From the NCBI GenBank assembly GCA_948466735.1, contig CAOKBR010000002.1, forward strand, positions 1 through 56,546: DNA of 56,546 nt, given 5' to 3'. Positions 1 through 8,487 of this stretch are shown here, piece by piece (within the stretch, counting starts at the first letter, position 1; every line of letters begins with the position of its first letter). The notes below the pieces were generated by a model that was given only the letters and a program-made list of their open reading frames with translations, did not search any database and was not told the origin of the DNA. The DNA is from an uncultured Mycoplasmatota bacterium. GTDB lineage: Bacteria; Bacillota_I; Bacilli_A; RF39; UBA660. A program made the position numbers and the translations under genes.

Positions 1-377
1 TAAGAATAATCATATCTTCTACATACATCTATTAAATATTTATTTAACTGATAACTTGTAATCGCATTAAGTCTATAATGATCTAAATAAATCTTTAAAT
101 ACTTATTAACAATAGCTGAATACTCTTCTATTGTTCTATATTTTAAATTTACTTTGCAATAATTATCTAGCCAATAATCCAAATAATTTCCATACGACAT
201 ATAGCTTCCCGTTTTACAACTTCCATTTTGATATTCATCATAAGCTTTTTATCCTGCGGTAAATGCAACATTTTTAGTTTTAAATCCAAATTTTGAAATC
301 CACTTTCTTTTTCCATTAACTTTTGCTGCTTCTAAGCGATATTGATACACCTTTCCCCTTTTTTAAATACTAACCAT
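1..377 (-). pseudogene. Phage/ICE-type tyrosine integrase, N-terminal part; runs off the left window edge; two in-frame TAA stops
   Basis: Own minus-strand translation from ATG at 377: MVSI*KRGKVYQYRLEAAKVNGKRKWISKFGFKTKNVAFTAG*KAYDEYQNGSCKTGSYMSYGNYLDYWLDNYCKVNLKYRTIEEYSAIVNKYLKIYLDHYRLNAITSYQLNKYL... This shows the arm-binding pattern (KRGK.YQYR..GKRK..SK.GFKTK) followed by the SAM-like core-binding N-domain pattern of integrases. In-frame TAA codons lie at 363-365 and 249-251. Not in the ORF track. Confidence 0.6.
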
Positions 378-411
378 TTTTATCATTTGCCTTTCATTTT
401 TGATTAGTTTT

Positions 412-457
412 ACTAAAACAAAAAGGAATGTCAACATTTTATCTATGTTAACACTCC
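412..457 (-). terminator. Rho-independent terminator downstream of secA
   Basis: On the minus strand: GGAGUGUUAACAU-agauaaa-AUGUUGACAUUCC, a 13-bp stem including 2 G.U pairs (425-457), followed by CUUUUUGUUUU (412-424). Confidence 0.65.
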
Positions 458-564
458 TTTATTTATCAGTGTTTTAGTTATTTTCATTCAATTTATGGAA
501 ACAAATGCCAATTTTGCTACCACTTTTAATTTTATCGAATCTTTCGAAAAGCCTTATTTTACGA

Positions 565-3057
565 TCATTTTCCGCAACATTGCTTGTACTTTTTCCCACT
601 ACCACAAGGACAAGGATTATTTCTACCTATTTTTTCTACTCGTTTTGGCTTTTTCTTTCCATCACTTTCATCTTTACTATTCGTAAATTGCTTTTTGGTA
701 TTCTCACGACGCTCAATATTATGATGAATCTCTGCTTTTAATAAGAAAATAGTAACATCTTTATCGATTCTTTGCAACATTTGATCAAATAATTCAAATC
801 CTTCAGTTGTGTAAGCGCGTAATGGGTCTTCTTGTGCATAACTTCTTAAATGAATTCCTTCTCTTAAATGAGATAAAGTATTAATATGTTCCATCCAATA
901 ATTATCAACAACACTTAAACTTAAGGCCTTTTCAAACTCATTTTTTACTTCATTAGGAATATCCTTTAACTTTTCATCGTATTCACTAACAACTTTATCA
1001 TAAATAAATTCGATTAAATCTTCTTCCTTTTTACCTTTTACATCATCTACGGTAATATCTTTTTTCAAAAGATTTCCATTAGTTGCTTCTACAATTTCTT
1101 CTATATCTTTATCGGTTAAATAACCCTCGGGCATGATATGAGAATTAACTAAATCAGCAATATGGTTATGGAATGTATCCATAATCATTGGATGAACACT
1201 TTCTTGATCTAGGATTTCATTACGTCGATTATACATGATTTCTCTTTGATTGTTCATTACATCATCATATTGAAGTAATTGTTTACGAATATCAAAGTTA
1301 TTTCCTTCAACACGAGTTTGGGCTGTACTAATGGCTTTAGTAAACGTTTTACTTTGAATAGCATTATCTCCAAAGCCTAGTGATTGCATCATCATTCTAA
1401 TTCTATCTGATCCAAATCTTATCATTAAATCATCTTCCATAGAAACGAAGAATTGTGTATATCCAGGGTCTCCTTGACGACCTGATCTACCACGTAACTG
1501 ATTATCAATACGACGTGACTCATGACGTTCTGTTCCAATAACACATAATCCGCCTAGTTCTCTAATTTCATCACTTAACTTAATATCGGTTCCACGTCCA
1601 GCCATATTAGTTGCAATCGTTACAGACTTATGTAGACCTACTTTAGCAATGATTTCTGCTTCACGAGCATGGTTTTTTGCATTCAATACTTCATGAGGAA
1701 TACCCTTTTTCTCTAACATTTTGCTAATTAATTCACTAGTTTCAATGGCAATCGTACCAACGAGTACTGGTTGACCATGGTCATATCGCTCTTTGATTTC
1801 TTGAATAATGGCTTTATATTTAGCATCTTTTGTCGCATACACTAAATCTGGTGCATCAATACGAGCAATTGGCTTATTCGTTGGAATTTCAATAACATAC
1901 ATATTATAAATATTTCTAAATTCTTCTTCCTCTGTCTTAGCTGTTCCTGTCATTCCAGCGATTTTTTTATACATTCTAAATAAATTTTGGAAAGTTATTG
2001 TTGCTAGAGTTTTTGTCTCTTGATTAATATGAACGCCTTCCTTAGCTTCTATTGCTTGATGTAATCCATCACTAAAAGCACGTCCTTTCATTAAGCGACC
2101 TGTAAATTGATCCACAATTACAACCTCATCATCTTGTACAACATAATCAACATCTAACTTCATCGTATAATTTGCTTTTAAAGCCATATTGATATAATGG
2201 ACTAGCGTTGTTTGATTAACATCATATAAATTAGCAATTTTAAAGTATTTTTCCGCTTTTTCTGCACCTTCGTCTGTTAAACTAACACTTTTAGTTTTCT
2301 CATCATAAATATATTCTTCATTTTCTTTTAACATCTTTGCAAAACGGTCTGCGTCAATATATAAATTAGCACTTTTCATTTCTCCACCAGAAATAATCAA
2401 TGGTGTACGTGCTTCATCAATTAACACAGAATCCACTTCATCAATAATAACAAAATTTAATCCACGTTGAACACGATTCTCCTTTTTTACTACCATGTTA
2501 TCTCTTAAGTAGTCAAATCCAACTTCATTATTTGTCGTATATAAAATATCACAATTATATTGTTCCTGCTTTTCTTTTGGCGTTAAATCCCTACTATTCG
2601 CTCCTACTGTAAGTCCTAAGAAGCGGTGAATTCCACCCATCCATTCAGCATCACGATTAACTAAGTACTCATTTACTGTAATAACATGAACTCCATCTCC
2701 TGTTAAGGCATTCAAATAAGCTGGCATAACACTAGTAATCGTTTTTCCTTCACCAGTTTTCATCTCCGCAATATTTCCATAATGAATGGCAATTGCACCT
2801 AATAATTGTACATAGAAAGGCCTCTCTCCAATTACACGAAAACAAGCTTCCCTTGATACAGCATAAGCTTCAACCAATAAATCATCTAGTGCTTCACCTT
2901 TTTTTAATCGTTCTTTAAACTCTACTGTTTTATTTTTTAATTCTTCATCCGATAATTTTATCATATCGTCTTCTAACGCCATAATTTGATCAGCAATCTT
3001 TTGAAAACGATTTAATTCTTTATACTCGTGATCGAACAATTTTTTTATAATGTTCAT
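565..3057 (-). CDS. secA: Preprotein translocase ATPase SecA
   Basis: 830-aa ORF with DEAD-motor motifs (MKTGEGKT, IIDEVDS, TNMAGRGTDI) and the C-terminal zinc-binding tail CPCGSGKKYKQCCGK. Confidence 0.97.
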   Translation of the reverse strand: MNIIKKLFDHEYKELNRFQKIADQIMALEDDMIKLSDEELKNKTVEFKERLKKGEALDDLLVEAYAVSREACFRVIGERPFYVQLLGAIAIHYGNIAEMKTGEGKTITSVMPAYLNALTGDGVHVITVNEYLVNRDAEWMGGIHRFLGLTVGANSRDLTPKEKQEQYNCDILYTTNNEVGFDYLRDNMVVKKENRVQRGLNFVIIDEVDSVLIDEARTPLIISGGEMKSANLYIDADRFAKMLKENEEYIYDEKTKSVSLTDEGAEKAEKYFKIANLYDVNQTTLVHYINMALKANYTMKLDVDYVVQDDEVVIVDQFTGRLMKGRAFSDGLHQAIEAKEGVHINQETKTLATITFQNLFRMYKKIAGMTGTAKTEEEEFRNIYNMYVIEIPTNKPIARIDAPDLVYATKDAKYKAIIQEIKERYDHGQPVLVGTIAIETSELISKMLEKKGIPHEVLNAKNHAREAEIIAKVGLHKSVTIATNMAGRGTDIKLSDEIRELGGLCVIGTERHESRRIDNQLRGRSGRQGDPGYTQFFVSMEDDLMIRFGSDRIRMMMQSLGFGDNAIQSKTFTKAISTAQTRVEGNNFDIRKQLLQYDDVMNNQREIMYNRRNEILDQESVHPMIMDTFHNHIADLVNSHIMPEGYLTDKDIEEIVEATNGNLLKKDITVDDVKGKKEEDLIEFIYDKVVSEYDEKLKDIPNEVKNEFEKALSLSVVDNYWMEHINTLSHLREGIHLRSYAQEDPLRAYTTEGFELFDQMLQRIDKDVTIFLLKAEIHHNIERRENTKKQFTNSKDESDGKKKPKRVEKIGRNNPCPCGSGKKYKQCCGK

Positions 3058-3251
3058 CTATTCCATCTCCTCGCTAGTACTATTTTATCAAAAAAAACGA
3101 AAGAATAAAAGAGTTTTCTATATCTTACTCAATTCTATTTTCTTATCAATTTATTTTTCCTGACATTATCATTATATTAAGCATATTTCCTTTTTACACC
3201 GAAAAATGAAAAAACCAAGATTTTTCTCTCTTGATTTTTCCTATATCATAA

Positions 3252-3782
3252 TTATTCTGTTTCAATAATACCATATCCACCATCGTTTCTTTTATATACT
3301 ACCATTGGCTTATTCGTGGTTGCATCCTTATATAAATAAAACTGATGATTTAATAATTCCATTTGTAAAATGGCTTCTTCTTCATCCATTGGTTTCATTT
3401 CAATAGTTTTTCTACGAATTAAATTATCATCTTCATCTTCTAATGTTTCAATTGAATCAAAAATGAAATCTCTTTTATTAAATTTCATCGCACGACTAGC
3501 TAGCTTTGTTTTATTCTTTCTAATTTGTCTTTCTAGCTTATCAATAATTAAATCTACAGCAGCATAAAAATCATTTTCCACTGCTTCTGCTCTTAAAATA
3601 ACAGATTTTAATGGGATAGTTATTTCTACTTTTTGTCTTAAGCCATTTACTTTAATTAAAATATTGGCTCTTACTTCACTAGCTTCTTCCAAATACTTTT
3701 CTAATTTTTTAATCTTTTCACTGACATAATCGTTCATTGCTTTGGTAACTTCGATTTTGTCTCCTCGAATAATTAGTTGCAT
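3252..3782 (-). CDS. hpf: Ribosome hibernation promoting factor, long form (HPF/YvyD)
   Basis: The sequence MQLIIRGDKIEVTKAMNDYV...KRNDGGYGIIE is typical of long HPF and sits upstream of secA as in Bacillus. I moved the start to the ATG at 3782 (GGGAGG 8 nt upstream) instead of the ORF-track start at 3818. Confidence 0.9.
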   Translation of the reverse strand: MQLIIRGDKIEVTKAMNDYVSEKIKKLEKYLEEASEVRANILIKVNGLRQKVEITIPLKSVILRAEAVENDFYAAVDLIIDKLERQIRKNKTKLASRAMKFNKRDFIFDSIETLEDEDDNLIRRKTIEMKPMDEEEAILQMELLNHQFYLYKDATTNKPMVVYKRNDGGYGIIETE

Positions 3783-3892
3783 AATCATCAACCTCCCAAA
3801 TTTATTATAACATAACAAAAATAAAAAAGCTACTTGTATTTGTAGCTCTACTACTTAATTTACCTCAAAAATTTCTTTTTATTGTAGTTTTG

Positions 3893-4111
3893 TTATTTTA
3901 CCTCAACAGGATCTTTAATGATAGTCACATTGTTTGCTTGATAACCCTTCGCTGTTTCAAGTAGTACAAACTCAACATACTGTCCTTCAGATAACGTTTT
4001 ATAACCATTTTGGTTAATAGCTGAATAATGAACAAAAATATCTTCATTTTCCTTATATTCAATGAAGCCATATCCTTTTTCGTTATTAAACCACTTTACT
4101 TTTCCGGTCAT
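3893..4111 (-). CDS. Cold-shock protein (CspA family)
   Basis: 72 aa with [15 protein letters not shown] and DIFVHYSAI, the RNP1/RNP2 motifs of the cold-shock domain. Confidence 0.95.
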   Translation of the reverse strand: MTGKVKWFNNEKGYGFIEYKENEDIFVHYSAINQNGYKTLSEGQYVEFVLLETAKGYQANNVTIIKDPVEVK

Positions 4112-4370
4112 AATCTCTACCTCCTTACTCTATAATTCTCTTTACCACTACCAGTTATATCATCGGGCTAGGAATAGCTTATCAAAAAAATTAAACTCAT
4201 TTTCTAAAAAATATATCAATGGTCAAAAAAGCGGGATAAACGGTAAATCCTATTTTAAATTCTTATTATTTTCCCAAACAACTTCAAAATTTGCACCTTT
4301 TATCCCAATTTTAATATTCTAAATTTAGAATATGTTACACTGGTAGTCGTAAAGATAATAAGGAGCAATT

Positions 4371-4967
4371 ATGAAGCAGTATATTATTGGTAATTCATTA
4401 AAATTAGTAAAGAATTTTAATCCAGAATTTTCTGAAGAAAAACTTCTTGAAATCAAATATGGACTAGAAGCAATATATCTAACATTAACTAAAATTATTA
4501 CCATATTGTTATGCGCTTTATTAATTGGTTCAATTAAGGAAACGTTATTGTTGATGTTTTTTTTCAATTTATTACGATTAACAGGATTTGGATTACACGC
4601 AACAAAAAGTTGGATTTGTTGGATAATTTCCACGCTAATTTTTATCTTATTACCCTATTTGTGTATGAGCATGACGCTAACTACACCTATAAAAATTGTT
4701 TTATCTAGCTTATGTGTAATTATATTTTTATTATTTGCACCCGCAGATACTAAGAAAAGACCAATTTTGAATCGCAAGAAAAGAGTATTTTATAGAATTG
4801 CAACAACAATAACAGGAATTATCTTTATGATTGTCTTGCTTATGATACAAAATAACTTTTTATCCAATGTTTTGTTAACATCTATGATTTTAGAGGCAGT
4901 CATGATCTGTCCGTTGTCTTATAAGTTATCTGGTCAACCTTATAACAATTATAAGAACTATCAATAA
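4371..4967 (+). CDS. agrB: AgrB-family accessory gene regulator B (AgrD-processing membrane peptidase)
   Basis: 198-aa polytopic membrane protein with the AgrB signature region LLRLTGFGLHATKSWICWIIS (catalytic His and Cys spaced as in AgrB). It is followed immediately by an AgrD-like mini-ORF. Confidence 0.85.
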   Translation: MKQYIIGNSLKLVKNFNPEFSEEKLLEIKYGLEAIYLTLTKIITILLCALLIGSIKETLLLMFFFNLLRLTGFGLHATKSWICWIISTLIFILLPYLCMSMTLTTPIKIVLSSLCVIIFLLFAPADTKKRPILNRKKRVFYRIATTITGIIFMIVLLMIQNNFLSNVLLTSMILEAVMICPLSYKLSGQPYNNYKNYQ

Positions 4968-5027
4968 GGTTTAAATATTTTTTTATAAATGATATTTGAA
5001 CAAAAAATAAATAGTAGGAGGATAGTT

Positions 5028-5153
5028 ATGAAAAAATTATTAGCTTCAGTTTTAACTGGACTTGGTATCTTAGCTGCTGGTGCTGCAAGTGCTGCTTGCA
5101 TTATCGTAGTTATGGATGAACCAGAAGCTCCGATGAGTTTATTAACTAAATAA
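5028..5153 (+). CDS. agrD: AgrD-like autoinducing peptide precursor (41 aa; absent from the ORF track)
   Basis: Own translation: MKKLLASVLTGLGILAAGAASAACIIVVMDEPEAPMSLLTK. AGGAGG lies 5-6 nt upstream of the ATG. It has an N-terminal hydrophobic helix, a single Cys, then an acidic D-E-P-x-x-P recognition tail as in clostridial and staphylococcal AgrD. It sits 60 nt downstream of agrB. Confidence 0.8.
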   Translation: MKKLLASVLTGLGILAAGAASAACIIVVMDEPEAPMSLLTK

Positions 5154-5169
5154 TTAAACGATACGGATT

Positions 5170-5200
5170 AAAAAAGACTACTTAATCAGTAGTCTTTTTT
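5170..5200. terminator. Bidirectional terminator shared by agrBD (+) and the agrC-like gene (-)
   Basis: AAAAAAGACTACT-taatc-AGTAGTCTTTTTT, a 13-bp arm palindrome with A/T runs on both sides. It overlaps the last codons and stop of the kinase gene (stop at 5182-5184). Confidence 0.65.
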
Positions 5201-6480
5201 ATTTTTAACACTTGAATAAAATATCCATTTCGAATGCTCGTTTCATTACTATAAATTTTAAAAGATCTAATAATCCGTTTTACCAAGATTAAACCATGTC
5301 CTCTAGTTTTATCTTTTGTTGATACAAAACCATCGTCTACTTGATTTATTTCGTTGAACGTATTAGCAAATTCAAAAACTACAGTATCATCTTCTAAATA
5401 AGCATCCATAATAAATTTCTTTTCCTTACTCGTTGCTGTTGCTTCTATAGCGTTATCTAGGAATACACCAATAATTTTATTTAAACTATCCCAATCTTTT
5501 ACAGGAAAATCTTTCAAAAGAGAATTTTGTAATTCTTTACTAATATTAATATCGATGGAAATTCCTAACTCTTCCATCCTCAATAATTTAAAATGAATTA
5601 AGCCTTTTGCACAATCTAATGGAATATTCTTTAAAGATGTAATCCATTTATATTTTATAGTATATTTATCCTTAATAATATGATCTAAATATTCAAGAAG
5701 TTTAGTATTTTTAGGCCTAACCATTGTTTTAATAACTACTAATTGATTTTTATTTTCATGTTGTGTAATTCTATACTCTTCAATTAATTGCTCGCTATTT
5801 TTAACATACTTTCCTAATTCTTTATAATTTTCTCTCATCATGACATTATTCATTTTTTCTTTTAATAAATATATTGTAATTGAAGTAAATGTTACTACTA
5901 AAAGTAAATTTAACCATAAAGTATCATCATACATCCAACCGCTATTACCTGCTTTAAAGAATATAGTACCAACAGCAATAAAGAATGTTGGTGCTAAAAT
6001 AATAATGTCAATCTTTTTCGTATTACATAATTTATTGTATAAAAATCTTAATTGCTTTTTGAAAATTTTGATAATTCCCATTGTAATTAACAATACCAAA
6101 ATATTAGCAACAAGTGTTTCATTAATAAACGAAACCATATTTCCTGTTAACCAATTTAAAGCAATATAACCAAGTAAAATAGGGAAATCGCTAATTATAA
6201 TAATAACATATGAAATCAAAGATGTTACCATTGTATTTGTTGTTGAATTTTTAAAAACACATAAGAAGAACACGGTAAAAAGATAATAACATAAAGGAAT
6301 TCTTAAGTTCATATCAACAAAATCATACAAAACCATAATAAGCAATGCCAAAACCATCAGTAAAATCATACTTCTTAATTTAAAAAATTTCTTGCTAGCC
6401 CCACATAATGAATAACCAACATAATAAATTGCTAAACCACTAATTAATGAACATAAATAAGTATATAAAAAATCTAACAT
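5182..6480 (-). CDS. AgrC-like sensor histidine kinase (HPK10 family, GHKL ATPase)
   Basis: 432 aa. The N-terminal ~200 aa has about 6 predicted TM helices. The H-box is ITQHENKNQL, the N-box is LDNAIEA and the G-box is TRGHGLILV. It is adjacent to a LytTR regulator and convergent with agrBD. Confidence 0.85.
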   Translation of the reverse strand: MLDFLYTYLCSLISGLAIYYVGYSLCGASKKFFKLRSMILLMVLALLIMVLYDFVDMNLRIPLCYYLFTVFFLCVFKNSTTNTMVTSLISYVIIIISDFPILLGYIALNWLTGNMVSFINETLVANILVLLITMGIIKIFKKQLRFLYNKLCNTKKIDIIILAPTFFIAVGTIFFKAGNSGWMYDDTLWLNLLLVVTFTSITIYLLKEKMNNVMMRENYKELGKYVKNSEQLIEEYRITQHENKNQLVVIKTMVRPKNTKLLEYLDHIIKDKYTIKYKWITSLKNIPLDCAKGLIHFKLLRMEELGISIDINISKELQNSLLKDFPVKDWDSLNKIIGVFLDNAIEATATSKEKKFIMDAYLEDDTVVFEFANTFNEINQVDDGFVSTKDKTRGHGLILVKRIIRSFKIYSNETSIRNGYFIQVLKIKKTTD

Positions 6481-6502
6481 ATTTCACCACTCCCATTCCT
6501 AT

Positions 6503-7237
6503 TTAGATTTTTTCCAGTAAATGTTCTTTTAAATCACGCTTATATCTTCTTGATAACAAGTCGGTAGTTTTTCCATTTTTAAACTTGATAATACTATTTA
6601 GAAAATCTACGCTTTTTATATTATATAAGTTCACAATACAGCTACGATGTGTCCTTATAAACCGTGGATCATTATCTAATTGCTTTAATAAACTAATCAT
6701 AGATTGACGAACACTTAATAATTCCCTACTAGTATGAATAACAGCATACTCTGTATCCAAATCTTTTTCAATATATTGAATATCATCGTAAGGAAATTGA
6801 TAAATTTCACCTTCTTGCATTATTGATAACTGTCGATCATAAGTTAATATTTCATGTGCCAGCATCAAACTTTTGTATAAATCATTGTAGCAATCATCAT
6901 ATTTAGAAATAAAATTAAGCATTAACACCTTACTTCTGAAATCACCTTCCTTTAAACCTTCATGTGCTGTAATCATAATAATTTGACTAATCCAATCGTG
7001 ACTATTCCTAATTTGTCTTGCCAAATCTATACCAGATTTAGAATTTGGAACTTCAATATCTAGAATATAAATTTTTTTTTCGCGATTGTTTTCAATCAAA
7101 TTCTTTAAATTTTCTGTATAGGAAGAAAATTGATGAATTTTATATACTCTTGTATCGCTTCCCATAACTCGATGAATAACTTTAATGTATTCCTCCTTAA
7201 AAATTCCTTCGTCTTCATAAATAATAAAATTAATCAT
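6503..7237 (-). CDS. LytTR-family response regulator (AgrA-like)
   Basis: Receiver domain (IIYEDE..., YILDIEVP phospho-Asp, MITAH) plus a C-terminal LytTR DNA-binding domain (FIRTHRSCIVNLYNI). Start moved to the ATG at 7237 (GAGGGG 4-5 nt upstream); the ORF-track start is 7291. Confidence 0.88.
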   Translation of the reverse strand: MINFIIYEDEGIFKEEYIKVIHRVMGSDTRVYKIHQFSSYTENLKNLIENNREKKIYILDIEVPNSKSGIDLARQIRNSHDWISQIIMITAHEGLKEGDFRSKVLMLNFISKYDDCYNDLYKSLMLAHEILTYDRQLSIMQEGEIYQFPYDDIQYIEKDLDTEYAVIHTSRELLSVRQSMISLLKQLDNDPRFIRTHRSCIVNLYNIKSVDFLNSIIKFKNGKTTDLLSRRYKRDLKEHLLEKI

Positions 7238-7263
7238 AATACCCCTCATTTCATCAGTACAGT

Positions 7264-7291
7264 ATTTTAACATATTTTTCCAATTATGCAA
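7264..7291 (-). promoter_or_regulatory. Putative sigma-A promoter for the LytTR regulator/kinase operon
   Basis: Minus strand reads TTGCAT-16 nt-TAAAAT with TGT immediately upstream of the -10 (extended -10), about 25 nt upstream of the start codon. Confidence 0.4.
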
Positions 7292-7321
7292 AGCAGAAAA
7301 AAAGAAAAATTAACTACTTGT

Positions 7322-8422
7322 TTACTTTTTCTTGTTTTTGAACCTATCTTTTACTATTTTTTCAAGTTTTTTTATTTTTTTTGGATTTTTATCAGAGATT
7401 ACACTGGTAAAGAAAACAAACCAAACAACTATTACAAATAATATAATATAAATAATTTTTCCTAACACAGGATCTTTTAAAATATAGAAAATAGAGGCTA
7501 ATGCAAATAAAATATTAATTGCATAAATGATTAACACTGTATTACGATGAGAAAATTTCATTCCTAATAACTGATGATGAAGATGTTCTTTGTCAGCGGA
7601 AAAAATGGGTTTTCTCTTGAGAATTCGGCGAATAATTGCAAATAGAGTGTCCAAAATAGGAATCGCTAATATTAGCAAAGGAACAAAAAATGAGGTTAAT
7701 GCTGTTCCTTTAAAGCCTAGTAGAGAAATTACTGCAATAATATATCCCATAAACATGGTACAATCACCTGCAAAAATACTTGCTGGATAAAAGTTATGAA
7801 CTAAAAATCCTAATGTTGAACCTAGCATAATGAGGGCTAATGTTAATTCTAGGCTACCATAACGCCCCTGAAAATAACAAATTATGCTAATCGTTAAGTA
7901 AAAAATCGAAGCAATACCACCACTAAGACCATCTAATCCATCAATCAAATTAATAATATTGACACAAGCTACCACAAATAACACCGTTAATGGATATGCC
8001 ATTATTCCAAAATCCAAAGCAAATCCAAAAGCCGTAATATCATTTAATAAAATTTTTCCATAAAAGGCGATAATACATCCTGCTGCTATTTGTCCAATTA
8101 GTTTATGTAATGCTCTAAGTGGTTTGATATCATCAATAATTCCAGTTAATACAATAATAAAACTACCAATTAATATCGCGTTCATTTGAATACTATGTAT
8201 TCCAAAAAGCATATACCCAAAAAGGAATCCTAAAAAAATTCCTACACCACCTAACTTTGGTATAGGGTGATGATGAATATGACGATTCCCCTCATCTTCG
8301 CGAGGTATATCAATTGCACCTATATGAGCTGCTACACGCTTCATTAATGGCATTATCGCTATTGAAAATAACATAGTCGTTAAAATAATTTTTATCATTG
8401 CTATAATTTCTTCATTTGCCAT
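7322..8422 (-). CDS. Glycosyltransferase family 4, undecaprenyl-phosphate GlcNAc-1-P transferase (TagO/WecA/MraY-like)
   Basis: 366-aa polytopic membrane protein with IDDIKPL, NLIDGLDGL and VHNFYPASIFAGD motifs typical of the MraY/WecA superfamily. Confidence 0.85.
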   Translation of the reverse strand: MANEEIIAMIKIILTTMLFSIAIMPLMKRVAAHIGAIDIPREDEGNRHIHHHPIPKLGGVGIFLGFLFGYMLFGIHSIQMNAILIGSFIIVLTGIIDDIKPLRALHKLIGQIAAGCIIAFYGKILLNDITAFGFALDFGIMAYPLTVLFVVACVNIINLIDGLDGLSGGIASIFYLTISIICYFQGRYGSLELTLALIMLGSTLGFLVHNFYPASIFAGDCTMFMGYIIAVISLLGFKGTALTSFFVPLLILAIPILDTLFAIIRRILKRKPIFSADKEHLHHQLLGMKFSHRNTVLIIYAINILFALASIFYILKDPVLGKIIYIILFVIVVWFVFFTSVISDKNPKKIKKLEKIVKDRFKNKKK

Positions 8423-8487
8423 TTTATCACCTTCTAATGGAATTATATCAAAAATTTATTACTTAGACAAAGAAAAAAAGCAAATTC

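Noticed and set aside
249-365. Two in-frame TAA codons in the integrase, considered as possible stop-codon reassignment or recoding.
   Set aside because: TAA terminates many clearly full-length core genes in this same window, such as agrD, yidC and rpmH. Pseudogenisation is therefore the simpler explanation.
4325-4633. 102-aa ORF antisense to agrB. Similar antisense or shadow ORFs occur at 495..741, 3370..3567, 4062..4322, 5840..6169, 7590..7790, 10184..10366, 12633..12902, 13755..14009, 16355..16666, 19140..19322, 21616..21937, 22232..22471, 23055..23246, 23427..23612, 36848..37033, 40084..40290, 41131..41316, 41881..42180 and 43330..43539.
   Set aside because: All overlap strongly supported genes on the other strand or straddle intergenic AT-rich DNA. 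They have low-complexity L/F/I/S-rich translations typical of AT-rich shadow frames and no convincing RBS.
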